A stretch of DNA of 13,507 nt from a virus (IMGVR_UViG_3300021255_003438:1-13507), one strand, 5' to 3'. Shown: positions 1 through 7,442, counted from the stretch's first letter. The notes: generated by a model from the letters alone, not told the origin. Numbers and translations: made by a program.

Positions 1-75
1 AAGTGCATAATGTACAACATAATATGTTCCAAAATCTTTAAAAGAAGAAGAAAAGTATTTAAATATGAAACTATA

Positions 76-113
76 AAAAATTGAGGAATTGTTTATGCAG
101 TTCCTCAATTTTT
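76..113 (+). terminator. Intrinsic terminator hairpin upstream of the LRR gene
   Basis: AAAAATTGAGGAATTG (76-91) pairs with CAGTTCCTCAATTTTT (98-113) with one G-U pair; 6-nt loop; A/T tracts on both sides, so possibly bidirectional. Confidence 0.75.
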
Positions 114-125
114 ATTCATTATAGA

Positions 126-133
126 TATTTATA
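126..133 (+). promoter_or_regulatory. TATTTATA box, candidate phage-specific promoter element
   Basis: Lies between a terminator and the ATG at 151, where no TAnnTTTG host promoter is present. The same octamer is in sense orientation just upstream of the gene starting at 12073. Confidence 0.3.
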
Positions 134-150
134 TAGAAATAATAAAGATT

Positions 151-1041
151 ATGAAATATTTAAAACTATTCGAAAATCATAGGCAGTATGAAGACTATGT
201 GGCAAGTGGATTAACATTGCCAAATGTTTCACACTGCATCCAAGAAATAGAAGTGCATTACGCCCCATTTATCGAAACAAGGGTTGTATGCAAATATAAT
301 GTAGCAAGCACATCATCCCCAACCGCATTAAGGACAAATTTTGAACAGAACGTATTCAAATCAATGGAGGTTGATGGTAGGATGCTTGATGAGCTTGTTA
401 CTGAGTATACATTCGACAGTACTGGTGTTCATACAGTTAAATATGAGTTATATGACGAAACTAAATTGGGCAATGGTGCTCCAACTTTTTATAATAGTAA
501 TTTAATAGAGGCTACGATTCCAGACAGTGTTACAACTATTGCCTCTAATGCTTTCAATAGTTGTTATGCCCTTGCAAGCATAAACATCCCAAGTAGTGTT
601 ACAAGTATAGGTAGTTATGCTTTCCTTAACTGCACTAGCCTTACAAGTGTGTCTATTGACAGCAACGCAATAGTATCATCAGCATACACTTATTCTACAA
701 ATATACGAAACACTTTTGGCTCTCAAGTAACTGAATATGTAATTGGAAACAGTGTTACAAGTATTGGTGATGGCGCTTTCGTTGGTTGTAATGCCCTTAC
801 AAGTGTGGCAATAGGTAGTGGAGTTACAAGTATTGGAGGTGGTGCTTTCAGTAATTGTAGCGGCCTTACAAGTATAACAAGTAATGCTACAACTGCTCCA
901 ACTATACAGAGTGGTACATTCCAAAACGTTAAAACCAACGGTACTTTATATGTTCCAATAGGTAGTAGTGGCTATAATGTATGGATGCAGAATGCTAATT
1001 ATTATTTAGGAAAGTATAATTGGACAAAGGTAGAACAATAA
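151..1041 (+). CDS. BspA-type leucine-rich repeat (LRR_5-like) protein with N-terminal non-LRR modules; possible virion or surface adhesin
   Basis: Repeated ~23-aa units IPxSVTSIGxxAFxxCxxLTSVxI; typical C-cap ATTAPTIxxxTF...GTLYVPxGS; flanked by terminators. Confidence 0.85.
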   Translation: MKYLKLFENHRQYEDYVASGLTLPNVSHCIQEIEVHYAPFIETRVVCKYNVASTSSPTALRTNFEQNVFKSMEVDGRMLDELVTEYTFDSTGVHTVKYELYDETKLGNGAPTFYNSNLIEATIPDSVTTIASNAFNSCYALASINIPSSVTSIGSYAFLNCTSLTSVSIDSNAIVSSAYTYSTNIRNTFGSQVTEYVIGNSVTSIGDGAFVGCNALTSVAIGSGVTSIGGGAFSNCSGLTSITSNATTAPTIQSGTFQNVKTNGTLYVPIGSSGYNVWMQNANYYLGKYNWTKVEQ

Positions 1042-1053
1042 AATATAACAAAT

Positions 1054-1077
1054 GGGATAGTTCAAATGAACTATCCC
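1054..1077. terminator. Bidirectional intrinsic terminator between convergent genes
   Basis: Perfect 10-bp stem GGGATAGTTC-AAAT-GAACTATCCC with T-rich tails on both strands. Confidence 0.85.
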
Positions 1078-1088
1078 TTCTTCATTTT

Positions 1089-1250
1089 TTATGCACCCTT
1101 AATTATTGGCCTAGCAATCTCTTGCCTTTTCTTACTTTTCTTGCCGTGTTTCTTCTCATACCATTTGAAGGTTTTATACATAACCTCAACGGCTGTAATT
1201 GTTGCGCTTGCCACAGTGACAAGTGTATTAACTTTTTTTAGCAATCCCAT
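1089..1250 (-). CDS. Small 53-aa protein, not in ORF track: MGLLKKVNTLVTVASATITAVEVMYKTFKWYEKKHGKKSKKRQEIARPIIKGA
   Basis: ATG at 1250, TAA at 1091-1089; fills the gap between the upstream gene (23-nt overlap) and the terminator; apolar helix followed by a basic tail. Confidence 0.7.
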   Translation of the reverse strand: MGLLKKVNTLVTVASATITAVEVMYKTFKWYEKKHGKKSKKRQEIARPIIKGA

Positions 1251-1533
1251 ATTTTCCCTTATTTAATTTATATACGTTGTTAACTGCCCCTATGAAATCA
1301 TTCCATCCTTGCAGCTCTTGGCCATTAACCTTTATACCCAAGACAATCTTCTTTGAAACAATGTCCTTTGAATTCAGTCTTGTGGTCAAGACCTTAAATG
1401 TAACGTGATGGTATGGCACACTTATGTAAGTGTATTCAATCCTACCATTCTCACGCTTCGCTGTGAATCCAAAGAACTTGTTTCTTTCAAGAATTTTACT
1501 TACTGCATCGAAATGTATTAATCCTTTACTCAT
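1228..1533 (-). CDS. Hypothetical protein (101 aa)
   Basis: ATG directly follows the upstream TAA (TAAATG); same strand as the cluster. Confidence 0.7.
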   Translation of the reverse strand: MSKGLIHFDAVSKILERNKFFGFTAKRENGRIEYTYISVPYHHVTFKVLTTRLNSKDIVSKKIVLGIKVNGQELQGWNDFIGAVNNVYKLNKGKYGIAKKS

Positions 1534-1890
1534 TTAGGTACTTTTTCTAATAATATAGTCAGGCACTTTTTCTAATAATATAGTCATTGCATATTGACTC
1601 GTTTGGCTAATGTCAACGTCTCCATTAGGCTTCTTAACCTCTAAGGGTTTTAGTAAAGCTCTGATGGACTCAAACAATGAAGATGGATAACCTTTAAGCA
1701 TCATCTTACAAATGACGTTATCCTCAACGATAGGGGCTTCTTCTAGGGGTTCTTGTGGCATACCGTCAGCCGCAATTTCAAGTAGTCTCTCCCTAAACGC
1801 TTGTGTGAGGCTTATTTTGTTAAGCTCTTCTTTAAGTTTTTTTAGAGTTTCATCCTTTTTGGACGGTGCTATTACTTTTGTTGTTGTCAT
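1534..1890 (-). CDS. Hypothetical protein (118 aa); C-terminus remodelled by the 25-bp duplication
   Basis: ATGA overlap with the YqeY gene stop at 1887-1890. Confidence 0.75.
   Translation of the reverse strand: MTTTKVIAPSKKDETLKKLKEELNKISLTQAFRERLLEIAADGMPQEPLEEAPIVEDNVICKMMLKGYPSSLFESIRALLKPLEVKKPNGDVDISQTSQYAMTILLEKVPDYIIRKST
1536..1585. repeat. 25-bp tandem duplication (2 copies, 24/25 identical)
   Basis: aggtactttttctaataatatagtc (1536-1560) followed by aggcactttttctaataatatagtc (1561-1585). Confidence 0.95.
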
Positions 1891-2438
1891 TTCATAAATG
1901 GAGTTAATGCGGTTTTAACGATGTTACCGTTTACATTAGGATACTTAGCTTTAACCTTTGGCATAATCTGGCCCATATCTCTCATAGAAACAACATAGTC
2001 AGCTGGTTTCTCAGCCAAGAACTCCTTAATGACTTCCTTAGTGTAGTCCACAATCTCTTCCTCTGTAGGCTGCTTTGGTGTGAACTCGTTGATAACCTTA
2101 AGCTCTGCTTCCTCATGGTCGTACAAATCGTTCCTACCCACTTTTTTGTACTCATCCATTGATTCCTCATGCTTTGACTTGAGACGAAGCATTACCTTTA
2201 CCTCACCATCCTTTGAAATGACGTATGAAGCGTTGTTGTTTTCCCTTATAAGTTCAGCCTTAATGACCTTTAGAGCGCCAAGCCTCTCTTTAAGGTTAGC
2301 CTCCTCAACAAGTTCTTCTAGAGTTTTATCCTCATTCTTAATTTTTGAATATGGGATAAGCTCTTCCATTGTCTTATTCATTGCGGTGTCAATCTCTTTA
2401 AGAATTGACATTTCATATTCTTTTGTATTTGTATTCAT
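1887..2438 (-). CDS. yqeY: GatB/YqeY domain protein (alternative start 2411)
   Basis: Family-like segments ERLGALKVIKAEL, KxHEESMDEYKKVGRNDLYDHEEAELKVINEFTPKQPTEEEI and SMRDMGQIMPKV. Confidence 0.8.
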   Translation of the reverse strand: MNTNTKEYEMSILKEIDTAMNKTMEELIPYSKIKNEDKTLEELVEEANLKERLGALKVIKAELIRENNNASYVISKDGEVKVMLRLKSKHEESMDEYKKVGRNDLYDHEEAELKVINEFTPKQPTEEEIVDYTKEVIKEFLAEKPADYVVSMRDMGQIMPKVKAKYPNVNGNIVKTALTPFMK

Positions 2439-2441
2439 AGT

Positions 2442-3500
2442 TTATTCTTCTTTTTTTGATTCTTCGTTTATTTTCAAAATCATAGCCACTGTCATTTGTA
2501 CAAGTGACTCTAAATCTCTGTAATCACACACCTCAACTTGTGTGTGCATATTCCTGTTAGGAATGGAAAGAAGCAATGTGTCACAATCTGTTGAAGAGTG
2601 CTTAATATACACTGTATCTGTGCCTCCACTCTGTACGCAGAACTCTTGATAAGGAATATGGTTGTCTTTGCAGCACTGTTTTGCCATATCAGTCATTCTA
2701 CGGTTACTGTCTGGTCCATAGGCAATTGCTCCACCCCTTCCAAGCTTAATATCACCCCATTCATTAGGGCTAACATATTCATCGTCAGTAGCAAATGTCA
2801 CATCATAGTCGATAGAATAGTGTGGGTCAATCTTTACAGCAGCGCCTACAGCGCCACTAGCTGATGTTTCTTCTTGTGTACATGCCACGCCATACACCTT
2901 TACATTTTGGAGGTCATATCTCATAAGCCTCTTCATGGTTTCAAGCATAACCATAACGCCCACTTTGTCATCAAGACCTCTTCCACAGAAACGATTCTGT
3001 CCAAGGTCAAGAGGAATATCACATATAACCACAGGGTCTCCAATACTTACCCTTGCAGCAGCTTCCTCCTTCGATTCAGCACCAATATCGATTTTCATAT
3101 CCTTAATCTTGATTGCCTTATCCTTTTCTTCTCCACCGTTGCGATATTCGATATGAATTGGAGTTTTACCAATAACGCCATTGATAATGTCATTCTTTGT
3201 TATAATAGCAACAGTAGAACCAAGAAGAACCTTTTTATCTATGCCGCCATCTGCGATAAAATGAATAAATCCCTTATCATCAATGTTTTGGACTTGCAAA
3301 CCAATCTCGTCAATATGCCCTGAAAGCATAATTCGCACATCACCGTTTCCCCAAGAATATGCAATGTTTCCAACCTCATCTGTAAACTCATGGTTAGCCC
3401 CATTCAGAAACTCTCCGATAAGGTTTTCTGAAAACTCTCTTTCATATCCGCTTGGTGTTGGTGCGGAAAGCAATCTTTTAAGAAAATTTTTGTCTATCAT
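2442..3500 (-). CDS. M42 family metallo-aminopeptidase (TET-like)
   Basis: PTPSGYE, GHIDEIG, GGID, GRGLDDKVG, QEET, IDYDVT, GGTDT, SIPNRNMHT; dimetal ligands H/D/E/D/H appear intact. Confidence 0.9.
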   Translation of the reverse strand: MIDKNFLKRLLSAPTPSGYEREFSENLIGEFLNGANHEFTDEVGNIAYSWGNGDVRIMLSGHIDEIGLQVQNIDDKGFIHFIADGGIDKKVLLGSTVAIITKNDIINGVIGKTPIHIEYRNGGEEKDKAIKIKDMKIDIGAESKEEAAARVSIGDPVVICDIPLDLGQNRFCGRGLDDKVGVMVMLETMKRLMRYDLQNVKVYGVACTQEETSASGAVGAAVKIDPHYSIDYDVTFATDDEYVSPNEWGDIKLGRGGAIAYGPDSNRRMTDMAKQCCKDNHIPYQEFCVQSGGTDTVYIKHSSTDCDTLLLSIPNRNMHTQVEVCDYRDLESLVQMTVAMILKINEESKKEE

Positions 3501-3582
3501 ACTGTTGTTATATATTTGAATGTATTTTGAAAATATTTTTTTCTAATTTAGAATCCATCTGTTTTCTGGTATGCAGTCATTT

Positions 3583-4407
3583 TTATCTATCGAAAACATC
3601 TTTGAAAGGTTTCAAATTACCTTGTGGGTTGTGTGTACCATTGGTTGAAGGAACGTCAATTATGGCAAAATGAATCACCTTAAATGCTCCCTTATACCTC
3701 TTTGATTCAAGAACATCGTGGAACAGTTTTGCCATCTGTTCTGGAGGTGTACAATATGCCCCACAACCGAATGCACTCAGCACAAGAGAGTCATGTCCGT
3801 TCTCTAACGTAATGTCAAATATCTGTCTGATTTTATTCTTGATGGCATCAACAGCCCAAGGAACAATCTTGCCATTGTCAAGAGGTGGTTTTTTGACCGC
3901 AGGAACGCTTACAACGCTCACGGTGAATACATTGTCCAATCTCTTATAATTAACGTCCTCACCGCCTCTAAAAACGGTCACAGAGGGCGTATAGATGCCT
4001 CCAAAGTTATACTCCAAAGGATAACGCTCTTCTCTCTGCTTCACGCCATAGTTCAAACCTATTGGATGGAACTGATAGAGTGATTTGAAGAGGTCTGTCC
4101 TGCGGAATAGGTTTTCCTCTTGTGCTCCAGAGCCACGAGTAACGCCGCCACCAGGAGTTGAGAACGAAGCCATATTCAACACGCAAGGGTTTAAATCAGC
4201 TTGAATCATTTTCTCAGCTTCATATAAACAGTCATTGTTGACCACTTTTATCTCAGTCTCATAACGTGGGATATTATCATAGTCAACTAATGCTTTCTTA
4301 CCGTAGAACTTAGTTCCCTCTACCATAGCGGTTTCAGTTGTGAATGGGTTGTGCCTCACGATGTCTACAGTCTCCTTGTATATTTCTATTCTCTCTTCTT
4401 TATTCAT
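3583..4407 (-). CDS. TIGR02452 family protein, bacterial-type PARG macrodomain (ADP-ribose glycohydrolase-like)
   Basis: LNMAS...PGGGVTRGSGAQEE (GGG-x6-QEE catalytic signature) and VLSAFGCGAY. ATG at 4407 preferred over TTG at 4413. Confidence 0.88.
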   Translation of the reverse strand: MNKEERIEIYKETVDIVRHNPFTTETAMVEGTKFYGKKALVDYDNIPRYETEIKVVNNDCLYEAEKMIQADLNPCVLNMASFSTPGGGVTRGSGAQEENLFRRTDLFKSLYQFHPIGLNYGVKQREERYPLEYNFGGIYTPSVTVFRGGEDVNYKRLDNVFTVSVVSVPAVKKPPLDNGKIVPWAVDAIKNKIRQIFDITLENGHDSLVLSAFGCGAYCTPPEQMAKLFHDVLESKRYKGAFKVIHFAIIDVPSTNGTHNPQGNLKPFKDVFDR

Positions 4408-4576
4408 GTTCAAGCCTGAATTTATAGTCTAGAATCATTGATTCATTTTTAGTTATCTGCTGACGGTATTCGGCAGCTTTTTCTTTTGTTTTGCTTTTCC
4501 CAATTCGTTCTAACAGAGCAATGTTAGCCTTTTCCAATTGCTTGATTGCTTCAAGTAATACACTTTTTTTTGCCAT
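4400..4576 (-). CDS. Small 58-aa helical protein, not in ORF track: MAKKSVLLEAIKQLEKANIALLERIGKSKTKEKAAEYRQQITKNESMILDYKFRLEHE
   Basis: ATG 25 nt downstream of a consensus promoter; 3' end overlaps the PARG ATG by 8 nt. Confidence 0.8.
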   Translation of the reverse strand: MAKKSVLLEAIKQLEKANIALLERIGKSKTKEKAAEYRQQITKNESMILDYKFRLEHE

Positions 4577-4601
4577 ATTCTTTAAATTAAAGTCATTTTT
4601 G

Positions 4602-4633
4602 CAAATATATGAAAAAAATTCGTAATACCCAAA
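4602..4633 (-). promoter_or_regulatory. Bacteroidota housekeeping-sigma promoter
   Basis: TTTG (4633-4630)-N20-TATATTTG (4609-4602). Confidence 0.8.
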
Positions 4634-4654
4634 ATTTTTGATAGATATTACGAA
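4612..4654 (-). terminator. Intrinsic terminator overlapping the next promoter
   Basis: TTCGTAATA...TATTACGAA stem (4654-4646 / 4627-4619), extendable with G-U pairs, followed by a T tract on the minus strand. Confidence 0.75.
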
Positions 4655-4661
4655 CTTTTAA

Positions 4662-5018
4662 CTAAAAATTTTCAAGTTGTTTGTTCAGCAAATCAAATTT
4701 GCTGTCAATTTCAACTAGTTCTTCATTTATGTTTGGCAGTTGATGCTCTATAACGTCTTTCATATTTGCCACAGCAGACAAAAGCGTTTGGTTTTCCTTA
4801 AACAACTGTGTGTTGTCTTCCAACAGCTTTTTGACATCTATTTGTTCATTTCTTCTTTGTCCATTTTTGTGTGAAGAATTCCAAGCTTTGACATTATCCA
4901 ATTCTTGTTTTAGGATATATCCTATTTCAAGTAAAAGTTGTCTGTCGCTCCTTGTAGACGTTGTACTAAGCCGTGCCAAATTTTCTATGCACTTGTTCAA
5001 ATCTTCTTCGTTTATCAT
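4662..5018 (-). CDS. Hypothetical protein with C-terminal coiled coil (118 aa)
   Basis: Heptad-like C-half (LLEDNTQLFKENQTLLSAVANMKD); TAG stop followed by a terminator. Confidence 0.75.
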   Translation of the reverse strand: MINEEDLNKCIENLARLSTTSTRSDRQLLLEIGYILKQELDNVKAWNSSHKNGQRRNEQIDVKKLLEDNTQLFKENQTLLSAVANMKDVIEHQLPNINEELVEIDSKFDLLNKQLENF

Positions 5019-5023
5019 ATTGA

Positions 5024-5191
5024 CTAGTTTTTATACACTCCACTCTTAATTAGTCTTTCCCTTTCCAATATGAAATAACTCATCTGTTCAGAGGTTATGC
5101 CACTAATCCATTACATACAATAGTGTTTATACCGACTTGGTATTCTGTCGGTAAAACGCCATATAAGATATTCCTCCAAATATTTTTCCAT
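5024..5191 (-). pseudogene. Small gene with one in-frame TAA: MEKYLEEYLIWRFTDRIPSRYKHYCM*WISGITSEQMSYFILERERLIKSGVYKN*
   Basis: ATG 2 nt after the upstream stop; final TAG 5 nt before the next ATG; 56-codon frame with a single TAA at codon 27 (5113-5111). Confidence 0.7.
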
Positions 5192-5193
5192 AG

Positions 5194-5769
5194 TCAATCC
5201 CAATACTCTTCGTAAGCACCATGTGCGCAGTAACCATTATGGCCACTACCATAGCCATTGTTATAGCCTCCGTTATAGGAATATGTGTTCTTTGATATTA
5301 CGAAATCCTTAAGAAGCTCTTTGTGCTCTTCACACATAGGTTTAATTACATCACCGTTATATTCTAGTTTTGGTATAATAATTTTATGTACAACTTCTCC
5401 TGTTTCAACATCTACTAGTGCCAAGAGGTCTTGATTCCATATATATCCGTATTCTAAGAGTTTTTCAATGGCATCTTGCTTTTCGGCCTCAGTACATATT
5501 TTCCAAAAATAGTCTTCTTCGTAAGTGTCTAAAGTTTTTTCACAAGGTTTGCCATTCTTTGCGACTTCTAGCACTGGACGAGAACTCCAACCAATACCGT
5601 TTTCGTTTTCACAGTATTTGCTAGGGTCATAAAATGCCGCGACTGAAAGTTTCTTTGTATACTGATAGGATGGCATCAAGTCAACTCCTTCAAATATGGC
5701 AAATGAGCTTGGCTTATTCTCATATTTAAGGAAATCACCCTTTTCAAATTTTCTTTTAATTAGCTCCAT
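5194..5769 (-). CDS. Hypothetical protein (191 aa) with G/Y/N-rich C-terminal tail
   Basis: Long ORF overlapping the nadD end by 14 nt; tail YSYNGGYNNGYGSGHNGY. Confidence 0.8.
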   Translation of the reverse strand: MELIKRKFEKGDFLKYENKPSSFAIFEGVDLMPSYQYTKKLSVAAFYDPSKYCENENGIGWSSRPVLEVAKNGKPCEKTLDTYEEDYFWKICTEAEKQDAIEKLLEYGYIWNQDLLALVDVETGEVVHKIIIPKLEYNGDVIKPMCEEHKELLKDFVISKNTYSYNGGYNNGYGSGHNGYCAHGAYEEYWD

Positions 5770-6385
5770 CTTTGTATAAGTTGTTTTTATTTATAATCTC
5801 TAACACTTCTTCGTTCACATAAGGGATAGGATTCATATGCCTACCTATCATATTTCTTACCATCGTTGATGAGGCATCCATACGTTGAGTCTTGATGCTC
5901 CAAAACTCCTTGTCAGTAAGACTATGCCTAGAGACAAGATGCTCTTTAAACGGAATTTTATTGCTGTCCATTTCAGTTCCGTCATTCCTCTTAACTTCAA
6001 TGTATGACAGCTTGTTCCTTATATGTGAATCAAAGTTTTTCCACTGAGGAATCCTTTCTATCGTGTCAGTTCCACCTATAAGGTATAGTTCATCGTTGGG
6101 ATATGCCTCACGAATCTTCTCTATAACCTTATAAGAGTACGTAGGGGGTTCAATGTCTTTTTCCAAGTCACATACCTCACACCTACCGTTAAAGCCGCTT
6201 ACAGAGGCTTTTATCATGGCACAGCGCAATTCCATAGGGGCTGGTTCATAACTTTTCCAAGGGTTGTGTTTTGCCACAACGAATAGCACCTTGTCGCACA
6301 GCCCACTGTTCAGCACACATGCGGCAATGTTTACATGACCAATATGTATTGGGTCAAATGAACCAAGGAGCAATCCTACTTTCAT
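5756..6385 (-). CDS. nadD: Nicotinate/nicotinamide-mononucleotide adenylyltransferase, NadD family
   Basis: GSFDPIHIGH (HxGH), NPWK, LIGGTD, W, SSTMVR, C-terminal NNLY. ATG at 6385 gives the usual N-terminus. Confidence 0.88.
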   Translation of the reverse strand: MKVGLLLGSFDPIHIGHVNIAACVLNSGLCDKVLFVVAKHNPWKSYEPAPMELRCAMIKASVSGFNGRCEVCDLEKDIEPPTYSYKVIEKIREAYPNDELYLIGGTDTIERIPQWKNFDSHIRNKLSYIEVKRNDGTEMDSNKIPFKEHLVSRHSLTDKEFWSIKTQRMDASSTMVRNMIGRHMNPIPYVNEEVLEIINKNNLYKDGAN

Positions 6386-6665
6386 AATGTTTTTTTGTTT
6401 TAATGCTATAAAATTCTTCTCCCAATGTACTACCAATACAGAAAATCAAAAACAAAGGCCACGCCATAACTCCAAGTTTAACTAACTCATATTCGTGTTT
6501 GCTGATATAATTATATACTTCTATTGAAACCACGTCTTCGTCATTGTATTTCCTAATCCTTTGCCTTATGTTTTTCGTCATCAATATTCCAACAAGGAAA
6601 TATACTACAAAAAATATAAAAAGTGGAACACCATAGACCAACACAATATATAATACTGTTTTCAT
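6354..6665 (-). CDS. Small membrane protein, two predicted TM segments
   Basis: Hydrophobic VLYIVLVYGVPLFIFFVVYFLVGIL and LGVMAWPLFLIFCIG; ATG 6665 lies 6 nt after a promoter -7 box. Confidence 0.7.
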   Translation of the reverse strand: MKTVLYIVLVYGVPLFIFFVVYFLVGILMTKNIRQRIRKYNDEDVVSIEVYNYISKHEYELVKLGVMAWPLFLIFCIGSTLGEEFYSIKTKKHYESRIAPWFI

Positions 6666-6671
6666 TTTTTG

Positions 6672-6703
6672 CAAATGTATGGAAAAAAAATTAAATAGCC
6701 AAA
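6672..6703 (-). promoter_or_regulatory. Bacteroidota housekeeping-sigma promoter
   Basis: TTTG (6703-6700)-N20-TACATTTG (6679-6672). Confidence 0.78.
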
Positions 6704-6717
6704 ATATTTTTGTTTTT

Positions 6718-7086
6718 TTAACCAAAAAATTCTTTTTGGTCTTCTACCCACACTGAATGGACTAAATTTGTTTGTATTTTATCCAAAGGTGACTTTAGTG
6801 ATTCGTTGACATAGGAGTTGATTATGTCCAAGACTTCCTTATCACTGCTATACGGCCCAATCCAAACATGCTCTGACCATTCACAGTGATGAACGTATAA
6901 TTTCCCATTTTTGGCTTTTCTAGAAACGAAAGCAGTTCTTTCAATGGGCTTGCGATACCAAGGGAGCTTTTTTATTTTTTCCTCTAACGATTCACTCTTA
7001 ACTGATTTGTGCTTTTTCGCAACAAAAGATGCTATGTCATTCATAATTTTAACAATAATGGCTAGCTTTTCAACATTGCTAGCCAT
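6718..7086 (-). CDS. Hypothetical protein (122 aa)
   Basis: ORF in the minus-strand cluster with an A-rich upstream region. Confidence 0.75.
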   Translation of the reverse strand: MASNVEKLAIIVKIMNDIASFVAKKHKSVKSESLEEKIKKLPWYRKPIERTAFVSRKAKNGKLYVHHCEWSEHVWIGPYSSDKEVLDIINSYVNESLKSPLDKIQTNLVHSVWVEDQKEFFG

Positions 7087-7103
7087 TTTATTGTGTTTAG
7101 TCG

Positions 7104-7442
7104 TTAGTCTTTTTCTACTAGCTTTAACAAATTCTCAGCGTATTCCTCAAGAATCAACGGATAATACATTGTGTAGAACTCACGGATTTCTTCGATTGTA
7201 TAATCCTTTTTCATCTGTCTGAAAATGCACTTGGCTTCCAAAATGATAACCTTTTGAACGTGCATGTCAGGAACTTTGCCCTCACACCAATCTTCTGCCA
7301 TCTTATTGAAGATACTTACATATCCCAAGAACTCGGCAAAGATAATGAATAAAGGAGCATCTACGATGATAATTCCGTTTTCACCGTTTGAATACTTCGT
7401 CTTAATTTCGACTTTTGTCTCTGTTTTTGTTTCTGTACTCAT
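7104..7442 (-). CDS. Hypothetical protein (112 aa)
   Basis: ORF in the minus-strand cluster with short spacers. Confidence 0.75.
   Translation of the reverse strand: MSTETKTETKVEIKTKYSNGENGIIIVDAPLFIIFAEFLGYVSIFNKMAEDWCEGKVPDMHVQKVIILEAKCIFRQMKKDYTIEEIREFYTMYYPLILEEYAENLLKLVEKD

Noticed and set aside
1-84. 3' end of an upstream + strand gene
   Set aside because: Frame 1 is open to TGA at 82-84, but the other frames stop early and the fragment is too short to choose.
151-1041. DGR target gene
   Set aside because: No template repeat with adenine-specific mismatches and no reverse transcriptase in the window.
1066-1266. Hydrophobic + strand ORF (66 aa) and 1020-1241
   Set aside because: Start inside or before a terminator and lie antisense to Lys-rich minus-strand genes; the hydrophobicity is the expected shadow of A-rich codons.
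3489-3518. + strand TTTG-N18-TATATTTG, possible antisense promoter toward the PARG gene
   Set aside because: Spacing is 18 rather than 19-20, and it lacks the following C found in all six accepted promoters; likely chance in an AT-rich spacer.
2080-3519. + strand ORFs 2080-2523, 2598-2864, 2874-3323, 2935-3156, 3283-3519
   Set aside because: Antisense shadows of YqeY and M42, which carry clear family motifs.
6386-6436. Upstream extensions in the ORF track (nadD to 6436; also 6725, 7689, 11141, 12603 starts)
   Set aside because: They run through promoters, terminators or neighbouring genes; downstream ATGs fit family N-termini and promoter positions better.
291-7344. Intragenic TAnnTTTG boxes at 291-298, 698-705 and 7337-7344 (minus strand)
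   Set aside because: Inside coding sequence and without a matching -33 TTTG at the right distance.
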